Shown here: piece by piece, positions 54,231 through 64,000 of the stretch
How positions within the stretch are numbered: position 1 is the first letter of the stretch
Layout: each line of letters opens with the position of its first letter
Assembly (NCBI GenBank): GCA_964016885.1
Contig: OZ024741.1
Span: 164,672,001-164,736,000, forward strand
DNA length: 64,000 bases
Direction of reading: 5' to 3'
Source: Eledone cirrhosa
Taxonomy: Eukaryota
Notes under the pieces: generated by a model
What the model was told of the DNA's origin: nothing
Databases searched by the model: none
What the model saw: only the letters and a program-made list of their open reading frames with translations
Translations under genes and position numbers: made by a program

Positions 54231-54881
54231 TTATATAGATAAGAAATATTCAAGATATTATTAAATCTCTGTCAAGGATGTTATTCAACTGACATGTCAT
54301 CTCTAACTAAATTTCTGCTGTTGTGGACAACAACATTAGATTCTACAATGGAATGTCTCCATTCACACTGACCTCCTTTTACTCAGCTTCTTTAAATATA
54401 TTCCAATCATCTTCAATGTCTGCTGACAGAAGGGAGAAGGATAGGAGGTAGATATGTAGGTGGTGACTGTCATGTGGTGTGATGTGTACTGTGGGAATAA
54501 ACCTTTCCTTTGCAATTATGAATATAGTCTGACTGTCAAAGACATTCAATCATTTCTTGTAAGAGAAACGTTTTATTCTCCACTTTGTCAATTTATATAT
54601 TGGAGTTTGCTGTAAATTTTGTGCTTGAAATCAATGATGGGGAAAAATGAAAAGCACAGACAATAATTATTCCTATTGTCTGAGGTATTGATGAATTGGT
54701 GTCTGTATCTGGGAGTACTGATGGACTGGGGTTTGTAGCTGGGTCTGGGATGTTATTATTTGGGAATGTAATATTAAACATATCTCAGTTGGGGATGAAT
54801 GTCTATTTGGGAACCTAATTTGGTGTTAAATAAGTTTCAAATGAGCCTGTGATGTTATTGTGAATATGTAATGTTAAATAA

Positions 54882-55086
54882 TGGTTCCTACATTTGGAAC
54901 AAGGCCAGCAATATGAAGGGAAAGAGGGGAAAGTCGATTAAATCATCCCCAGTGCATTACTGGTACTTTATCGACCCCATAAGGATGAAAGGCAAAGTTA
55001 ACCACAGCAGGATTTGAACTCAGATCATAAAGGGCCGTAACTCTATGCTGCAAAGCATGGTGTTCAAAGCTCTGCAGATACTGCCA
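54882..55086 (-). mobile_element. SINE family B variant
   Basis: Family match; flanked by duplicated aatatgtaatgttaaataa. Confidence 0.8.
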
Positions 55087-56504
55087 ATATGTAATGTTAA
55101 ATAACGATAAACAGTCCTTAATTGTGTCTGAGCAATTATTGTGAATATGTATCACCACTTCTTGTCGTGTCCACAAGAGTGTCAGTTACAAAACTTGGCT
55201 AGATGTGGCTCTGCCACAACTGAACACATAATAATGGTAAACAGACCTTAGTTGTATCTCAGCTATTATTGTGAATATGTAATGGTAAACAGTCCTTAGT
55301 TGTGTCTGAGCTATTACTGTGAATATATAACATTAGATAATGACAAACAGTCCTCAGTTAGGTCAGAGGTATCATATGGTAGATACCATTGAATCCTTAT
55401 TCACCACAGATTTCTGTGTATTTTACCTGGTTGCAGGAGTTACCCAGTATATTCAGCAAAGTTAGCTAGAGTTTTATCCCAGATTACATATGTATCTTTC
55501 CCTTTTAGATGGGAATGTTAAACTTCAACAGAATTTGCCCACAAGAAGATTTCAGTAGAAAACTGCCAGCAAATAAAATACTTGTCTTTTACACAATGTC
55601 TTTCTTTTGTCTACCACAGTAAACTGTATCATCTCATCATTTTCAGTGTAACACTCCAAGTATCCCTCGGTATATGTTCACTCATTCTAGTCAGCCATTT
55701 GTAGAATAGACTCACCCATCCTTTGAACACACCAAGGAAGTGGATTTGCCTGGTTTGCTGAACACACTTTCTTTCTAAATGATATATTTGTAGCCCTAAT
55801 TGATGCCTTTCATTGGGTACAACTTTCATATAAAAATTTAAAATCCAACCCCCTTTTTCACCACAGAACATTCTAGAACTTTTCAGTCACATGACAGCAT
55901 GTTATAAAATTGGATTAAAATTTCAAATTGAAAAATCTTCAAAATTCTTCCCTGAGTTCACATTTGTCACATTCCTACACTACACTGAGTATTGAAGCTA
56001 ACAACTTCTCTTGTAAATACTTTGTCTTTAAGACATGATGTTATTTGCAAGAGAATTATGTATTCACAAGATATTTATCATTTAATCTAGTATTCATTAA
56101 TACTAAAAACAAAATTGTAATGCACTCACACTGCCTTACATCTATTTTTTTATTATTGTAATTACTATTTGAGTTTTGTGTATATCATCTTATCTATGCA
56201 GTGATGTTAAGTTGACCCTCTGTAGTGAAAATAAAAGAGATTGTAATTTTGTACCCAGCCTTCCTTGCTTGTTTATTTAATAAGCTCCATATTAACCTTC
56301 TGATTTCTTCACATTAAAGTTATTTTTTACACTTATTGACTACACATTTTTCAATCCACTGCTAGATTAAGCCTTAGCAACTATACTGGTTTTAGGTTTA
56401 ACTACCTTATATTAGCCAAGTGCAGTTGAACAAGCTATTTAACCTTGGCTACTGGCATCTAGATAGAATTTGAATTTAGAATTCAAGAGCTAGAACAGAC
56501 ACTG

Positions 56505-57140
56505 CACAGTACTTGTGGATCATATGGTGTGTCCACACTTAGAATTTGCATTACCAGTCTGGAATCCCTATCTTGCTCAGAATATTGACCTCCTAGAAAC
56601 TGTTTCAGAGATGTGCAACCAAGCGAATACCTTTCATCAGGCATCTACCATACTCTGAATGCCGTGCTTCCCTGGGCATGGATTCATTAAAGCTCTGATG
56701 TCTGGCAACTGACTTGGTAGACATTCCCAAGATTGTTAACCATCTTAATAACAACAACCCTGAGCATCTTTTTGAATTCCATGTGTCTAACATCCATGGA
56801 CATGCCTACAAAGTCAGAAAACAGTACAGCTCCCATGACTTTTTGAAACATTTTTTCACGTTCAGAGTTGCTGAAGCATGGAACAAACTACCTGCATTAG
56901 TTGTTAGCTGTCGGGATACTGCATCCTTCAAAGCTGCTATGCTTCCCAAAATTCGCCAACACTACACATGATATTCCCCCACCATACACACGCACGCATG
57001 TGTGTGTGTGTCTGTGTGTATATCATGACTCATACACTGTTCACTTTCCTAAAATTTGTACATTATTCTATGTACTATACATTCACCTTTGATAAGTTGT
57101 AGTGCACCTGAGCACTGTACACAATAATTTTCATTATTTA
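56505..57140 (+). mobile_element. CR1-clade LINE 3' fragment
   Basis: PHLEFALPVWNPYL, QRCATKRIP, FFTFRVAEAWNKLP; tail ..caataattttcattatt. Confidence 0.85.
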
Positions 57141-58050
57141 GAAGCACAAGTGACAAGATGTAGAAACAATAATCTGGCCGTAAGCTTCAGCCTGAACTCA
57201 TGATACATATTTACAGTTGTACCAACTGATAGCAGAGATGGGGGCAAATGAGGAAGAGGGAGGCTATCAAAGAGGTTAAATCTCTATCCCACAATGTATT
57301 GGTGATTACAGAATCTGAACTACCAACTATTTGATTATCAAGCTGTTTTATTATCAGTTTGGTTAGCTACAACACTTGTTGGTGAATATTTATTCAACAA
57401 TGTTGATAAATATCTCAGAAAAATGAAGAGATAATACCATTGATATAACTGAAGATATTAAAAGACAGAAAGAAACTTCAGATGAGAGAGTTAATGACAA
57501 TTCCTCTCACCACTCCATCAAACTGGCATAAATTAGACAGATTTTATAGCATTCCAATGATTTCATTCTTAATCTTCATAAAGATAACTGTAAATAATAT
57601 ACAAACACAAGCAAGGGAGATAGAAAATACTACTAATAATAACAGTAATAATAATAATAAAATGCAAAATTTGGTTTTTTAGTAACAGACAAACCTACAG
57701 GCATGATGAATATTCAAAGATGGTGGATATATATATAAAAGAAATGAAAAATATGAAAGGAAGGAAGGTAAACAGATAAGAGATTGAAAAAAACAAAACA
57801 AAAAAAAAAAACAGGTTTAGGAATCAAAAATATAAAATGCATTGAATAAATTAACAAAAAGAAATGAAAATAAGTAATAGAGTTGACGTGTGGAATAATA
57901 AATGTGAAAGAATAGAGAAGAAATGGTGAGGCAATTGAGAGAAAAATGCTTAGAAAATATTACCAAAGAACAGATGCATTTGAAAGGATATTGTCAAGCA
58001 AAGATTATGACAATATCCTACAGGGGTCATATGCTAACAAATATTGGAAT

Positions 58051-58081
<31 letters not shown>

Positions 58082-58287
58082 GTATAAGAATAAAGGAACA
58101 AAGAACCAGTTTGCATCATAACATATTTAATAACATATTACATATGTTTCACTGTTGATCAGCTCGAGGAATGATCTATTAGTGATTGAGATATTGAATA
58201 AATGGAACTATAGAAGAGGAAGTTAATAGTAATACATCTAACAAGCTTAGGCATGCAATTAACATCACCTTCATCATCATCATTTAA

Positions 58288-58489
58288 CCCTTTTGCATTT
58301 AAATCAGAATTCTCTCATCACTTTCTGTTCAAGCCATAACTGGCTCCTCATACTGACTTTAAGGTATTGTTCTCAAAATAAATAACATCAAAAGCTCATA
58401 GATGAATATTATGTGAGATAATTATGTAATGTAAAGCCTTTACCATAAAAATACAATAGCAAATATAGATTCATATAAATGCTAAAGTG
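58288..58489. mobile_element. piggyBac-like MITE, diverged
   Basis: TTAA|cccttttgcattta...aaatgctaaagtg. Confidence 0.7.
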
Positions 58490-58629
58490 TTCAAGCATCT
58501 GGTGTAGGGGATAAGTTAATCACACACATTGTCAACCATGTATTACAGTGACTGGTGTAGCATTAGCTTTGTTAACTACAACAAGGGCAAAGGAAATGCA
58601 CTAGAGTGATGCAACTGCAGAGGTTCAAC

Positions 58630-58850
58630 TAGGTTATGAAAGTTGTGGAAAGGGTTATTGCAAAATTAATCAGAAGTAGAATCGAAGTAGATGAGATGCA
58701 ATCTAGATTTGTGTAAAGAAAAGTTACGACAGATACCATTTTCCCAATGAGACAACTACAGGGGAAGTACCTAGCAATGAATAAGTGCCTATACTCAGCA
58801 TTTGTTGAACGGGAGAAGGCCTTTGACAGCATTCCACATTCTTTGATAAC
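58630..58850 (+). mobile_element. Decayed RTE RT fragment
   Basis: MKVVERVIAKLIR..DEMQ..TTDTIF.MRQLQ.KY...LYSAFV..EKAFDSIP. Confidence 0.75.
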
Positions 58851-59289
58851 AAACATTTTTCTTTTTATATTATACAACGAATTGTGAAAACAGAATTTTT
58901 AAGAAAATCTTTAACATTCATTGGGTTTCCTTAAGCTGCTAAAACATTAGACAACTGTTCTTCATTCTAAAACATTATATCTCTCTCTCTCTCTTTCTCC
59001 CACTCTGTTTTGAGAAAAAATATCCATAGAATGTTTTCTGATTCAAAGTAAACATTGTATACACATAAAACAAAATATGTATGCATGTTTGAGTTATGTG
59101 TATGGAAGAATATTTGAACAGTTGCAGCCAGCATCACCATTGCAAATAGATCAGAAATGGCCAAGTAGCAGAGATGTGGAGAAGAAAAGCTTCATCATCA
59201 TCACCATCATCATCATTACCGTCATCATCACCACCATCATCATCATCATCACCGTCATCATCATCACCACTGTCATCATCATCATCACC

Positions 59290-59660
59290 ACCATTTAAGA
59301 CCTAATTTCCATGCTTACATAGGTTAAATGGATTGATACAACATAAGATAAGTCAGGTTAAGTGATCATGTCTTGCTCATATGGAACTGTTTCTGGCTTA
59401 GTTTCTACAGCTGATGCCTTTCCTAATGCCAACCACTTTACAGTGTGGACTGGGTGTTTTTTGTTATGTCTCCAGCATGATAACTATTACAAAGTGGTCT
59501 GTGTACTTTTTGTTGTGTTACCAACATGACCATCTTGCAGGGAGGACTGGGTGTTGTTTGGCGTCTCACCAACAAGACTATCTTATAGCATAGACTGGGT
59601 GCATTTTAATTTTATCAGCACAACCACTTTATAGAGTGGCTGAAGCGGTTTTTGTTGTGG
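59290..59660 (-). mobile_element. Diverged RTE 3'-UTR element
   Basis: tttctacagctgatgcctttcctaatgccaaccactttacagtg. Confidence 0.6.
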
Positions 59661-60159
59661 TGGCAGGACTGTTAGCAAGCAGGCATGGAGCATGTCTAGC
59701 TTTTCATGCGTGTATATATAAGATGGACAGGAGGCTTCTGCCAGACAAATAAGCAACCCCAAACCAACAACAGAGATGGAGCAATAGGTGACACTGTTAG
59801 CTCCCAAGAAAACTCTCACAACCCAGTGATGTAGTTATGATGAGGCAAATAAAGGCTGCCTCTAAAAAAGCCTAGTCTTTGCAAGTTTGAGAAAAGTACC
59901 AGATTAGAGACTGGCACGGATGAAATCACCAAAACACTGGAAAATGGCTGGAAAAAGTAAAGACATCCATACTGCATCATTCTACAGGCAGGATAACAAG
60001 GGACACATTCAGGCCTTAGGTAGAGGGGCCTGTTTGAAAAATATATTGCAGTTTCCACTCCAAGCTGCAAGAACTGGTGATAGGCCTGTGACCTATCCTA
60101 GGAGACATGGGATGGGAGCATAAATGCTACAGATCCCAAGATCCCAGAGGGGGTCCAGA

Positions 60160-60790
60160 AGGGAACAAACATTCACAATTGGTGACTGGAATGTTACAAT
60201 CCTTACAGTCAAAGTGGAGGAGGCCAGATGGCACCAGCTAGATATAGTAAAGGTTTCATCAACAAAGTTCCATGGCTCTGGTACTGTATATTTGGATGGA
60301 GGCTGAAATAAGTGCAAGAATTGCAGGAGCTGGTACAGTAACATGCCAGCTTCAGCATTTGGTAATCAGAAGAAGGGAGGGAGGTGTAAAAGCCAAACTG
60401 GTTACTTTCAATTCAGTATTCATGCCAACTGCTACCCAGTCATGAATCTTGGGTAAATGATAGAAAGAATACAAGTGTGAATGCAAGCAGCCAAAATGGA
60501 GTTCCTCTGAAGGGTCTCTAGAGTAATGTTACTCAATAAAGTGCACAGCTCGGAGATCAGAGAGTCGCTCCAGGTAGAGCTGCTGCTTCTCCAAATTGAG
60601 AGATCACAGCTCTGATACTACAGACATATGGTTAGAATGTTTCAGGAAAGAATTGCTGGACAATGCTACAGGCAAGACTAGCCAGCAGGAGACCCAGAGG
60701 TAGATCTATGAGTTTAGCTAGTCTTGTTTGGAAATCCAGCTGAATTAATTGGAGGCAGTTACTTCTAACAAGACGCACTGGATGGTGTGT
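60160..60790 (+). mobile_element. Decayed, internally deleted RTE (Expander-like) LINE
   Basis: TIGDWNVTIL (APE N-term), then MQAAKMEFL.RVSRV..SSEIRESLQVE...IERSQL (RT C-term). Confidence 0.65.
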
Positions 60791-61401
60791 TAAGGAGTCT
60801 GCCCCCCCCCCGAATAAGTGGGTGAAGGAGGAGGAGGAGGAGGAGATGGTGATGAGAAGAAGAAGAAGAAGAAGAAGAAGAAGAAGAAGAAGAAGAAGAA
60901 GAACAACAACAACAACAACAACAACATAACAACAAATGTATGTGTGTTGACATCAGAAAGTGCATTCAGATGTAGGAAAAAAAAAAAAAAAAAAAACCAC
61001 CTTAAAAAAATTTCATCCAACTCAACATGGAAAAGTTAATATAAAAATGACTATGATGATGATGATGATGATGATAAACTTTCAATTACTCCTCCTACAT
61101 TAAAGACAAGGGTGTGTCTGACTAAAGTAACAAAAGAACAACAACAACAAAATAGATATTTGAAAACAAGAATTAGAACTAAAGCGAAAAAGAAAGACAT
61201 AATTAGATTTTATATGAAATATTAATTAACATGTTAATGAGACAAAAGGAAATTTGCTTAAAACAATTTCAATATTGGGTTCAAAGGAACTAGTTGAAAT
61301 TTTTATGAGAAATCTGTCAAAACAACTTCCTGCTTTGGTAAAACCAGAACAGCAACAGTAACAACAACACTACCACCACCACCACCACCACCACCACCAC
61401 C

Positions 61402-61434
<33 letters not shown>

Positions 61435-61729
61435 TGCTTCTAACAGGCACAAAGCCAGACATTTGAGAGTGGGGAGGAGAATAATCAATTAAGTGAAACA
61501 CCTGAAGAATGACAAAGTTGAGCTCATCAGGATCTGAACTCAAAATGCATAAAAGACAAAAAAAAACAAACAAACAAACAAACAAAAAAGATGGGGACAC
61601 TGCCAAGCAGCCTCACTCCTACTCTCTGACAATTCTGCCAATCCACCATTCTAAAATAACAACTAGCTTGGAATATAATTTGAAAGTAAATAAAAACAGT
61701 GCTCAATACACAAAGTAGAGTGACATTGA

Positions 61730-62075
61730 ATATTCAAGTGTTTTTGTGGGTATGAAAACGGAAAAAGAAGGGAAAGGGAAAGGCAAAGGCACTAGTATCA
61801 CAGAAAAATGGGGAGGGGAAGAGGAAAGTGATGGGCTCTGGACCTAGGACATGGTGGTATTGGGGCTGCGTCCCATGGACAACACCGCAAAAGCATTTTG
61901 GTGAACAATAGCCAGCGACACCCATTGCAACAGCCACCCCCACCTCGCAGGGCTCCTTCCTCAGGTGGGCTGCTGATGTTCCGATCTTGTGGAGGAGTTT
62001 GGTAGTACAAGGTCTAAGTATGCCTGAGGTCTCGAAGGCGACCGGTGCAAACAGGAAGTAGCCAGACAATCCCCT
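61730..62075 (-). mobile_element. RLE-type (CRE-like) non-LTR retrotransposon 3' fragment
   Basis: FAPVAFETSG, then after a frameshift WLLQWVSLAIVHQNAFAV, resembling the F.P.A.ET.G...S.A.QRGNA C-terminus. Confidence 0.6.
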
Positions 62076-62615
62076 GAAGATAATTTATTAAGTTGATCTT
62101 TATACATGTAACCTAAAATTACACACAAAGATATACTGTATCTCTTTGTGTATAATACATCTTAATTATGATACAAACCCTGATTTTGAAGCTAAAAAAG
62201 TGGAAATAAACTACATCCTTGTATATAAAGCCACTTGAGTATTATACTACTAAGTAAAACCATGTCTATATAAGGCTTTTGTTTATTTATCAGTACTCCT
62301 TATAAAGTGGTAGTTCTGGTGCCACAATGAAATGCACTCGGTTCACCCTATAAAGTGGTAGTTTTGGTGTCACAATAAAATGCACCAAGTATACTCTGTA
62401 AAGTGATTGTTTTTAGGAAGGGTGATCAGCTGTAGAAATAATGCCAAAAATGGAATGTACAAGTGAGATATGGTTTCCCATGTTCATTTAGGAGGGCAGC
62501 AACTCCAAATAAAAACTTACTCTGCTTGTAACCACTATTTAACCCATGGCTTATAAAAAATGACGGTGATAATGAATGTAATATATACCACAATAATAAA
62601 CAATTTTTTTTTATA

Positions 62616-62760
62616 AAGGCACATGTCTTAGTGGTTAGGGTGTTCGGCACATGATGGCAAGGTTCTGAGTTTGGTTCTCGGCGGCACTTTGTCTATTTGA
62701 GCAAGACATTTTATTTGTTGTAGTACACCTGAACATTGTACACAATAATTTTCATTATTT
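62616..62760 (+). mobile_element. SINE family C (tRNA head + CORE-like + CR1 tail)
   Basis: Head like family A; tail gttgtagtacacctgaacattgtacacaataattttcattatt matches CR1 end at 57096-57139. Confidence 0.75.
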
Positions 62761-62761
62761 T

Positions 62762-62955
62762 GGGCGGTGGATTGGCAGTATTGGTAGAGGATCGGACGCC
62801 ATGCTTTGCAGCAAAGAGATACGGCCCTTTATGGTCTGAGTTCAAATCCCACCGAGGTTAACTTTGTCTTTCATCCTTACGGGGTCGATAAAATAAAGTA
62901 TCAGTAATGTACTGGGTAATCGCTGGCCTTGTGCCAAAAGTAGAAACAATTATTT
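62762..62955 (+). mobile_element. SINE family B, full length
   Basis: gggcggtggattggcagt head to gtagaaacaattatt tail. Confidence 0.88.
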
Positions 62956-63629
62956 ATACATACATAGAGAGAGAGAGAGTATGTATGTATTAAGGAGCAA
63001 AAGCAAAATGAATTCTTTGCCATTTTCCAGAAAATTCTCTGGAATTAAAATACTTGAATTGTTCTCTCACCACAATACATAAATTTTATCACATTTCCAA
63101 TGAAATACTCTCCATTTCAATTAATCAATAAAGAATTTTGAAAGATTTGCTAAAAGCTAAAATTATTAATGGTTTCATTACTAAGATAATAAATAACTTA
63201 GCATATGGTATTTATATAAAATTATATTGGTATGTTTGATTTTGAATTTAAATAGGAACCCTATAAAATGGATGGCTCTATTTCATAGAACCAAAGCCAG
63301 ATTTGGCTGTTTTGGTATCAAAAGGGTTAACTCATTGTCTATGCATTGGCAGCATTCTACAACAAAACATCCCTTGAAACTTTTGTTGGCACCATACCAT
63401 AGCAAGACATCCCACTAAAACCCTTTACCCTGTTTACAACACAAAATATTTTACATTATTTACTTATTTATTTATCTATTTCTCACCTACCCAGCCATAG
63501 CCCCCACCGCAGAGTTTTGTAAACAAATTGCCAACTGTGATAAAACTATGAAAGACTGACTTATTATTGGTGCAGTTCACACAGAAAAAATTGAATAAGT
63601 GACAAAATTTATTGTGTTGTATCTACATC

Positions 63630-63925
63630 ATGTGTGTGTATGTGAGAGAGAGAGGATGTGTGTGTATGTGTTTGTGTGCGCGTTTGTGTGTGTGTGAGTC
63701 TGCATGTGTGTCGATGTATTTGTGTGTGCATGTGTATGTATGAGGATGTTTGTGTATGTGTGTGTGCATGTATGTATGTGTGTGTGTGCATGTGCGTGTA
63801 TGTATGTATGTGAGGGTATGTGGGTGTATTTGTGTGTGTATGTGTATGCGTATGTTTGTGTGCATGTGTCTGTGTATGTGTAAGGATGTGTGTATGTGTG
63901 TGGACATGTTTGTGTGTGCATGCAA
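63630..63925. repeat. (TG)n-rich tract
   Basis: Seen directly. Confidence 0.92.
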
Positions 63926-64000
63926 CACAGCTAATGAAATAAACAGCTTAGATTTCTATAGAATTGTAAGGAAGGATATAAAAATTATAGAAAGAAGAAG

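Overview
Eukaryotic, AT-rich, repeat-saturated DNA. The SINE families and microsatellite load suggest a coleoid cephalopod (octopus-like), which is an inference. No intact host protein-coding gene is recognisable; there are only two weak candidate minus-strand exons near the left end. Almost all long ORFs in the track are artefacts of simple or tandem repeats. Contents: a decayed L1/Tx1-clade LINE (2.3-6.4 kb), RTE, CR1 and CRE-like LINE fragments, three tRNA-derived SINE families, a non-autonomous Helitron, piggyBac-like and hAT-like MITEs, several minisatellites and a 7.8 kb constant-unit/variable-triplet-spacer satellite. The most striking signal is a population of short (150-400 bp) non-coding elements, mostly sitting in (TA)n tracts, from several unrelated sequence families. 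They carry type I hammerhead ribozyme motifs (CUGANGA...GAAA...NUH with pairing stems), and many are asymmetric fold-back palindromes. The fold-back apex often falls in a ribozyme helix. They look like non-autonomous Penelope-like or retrozyme-like retroelements. All folds and alignments were done by eye.
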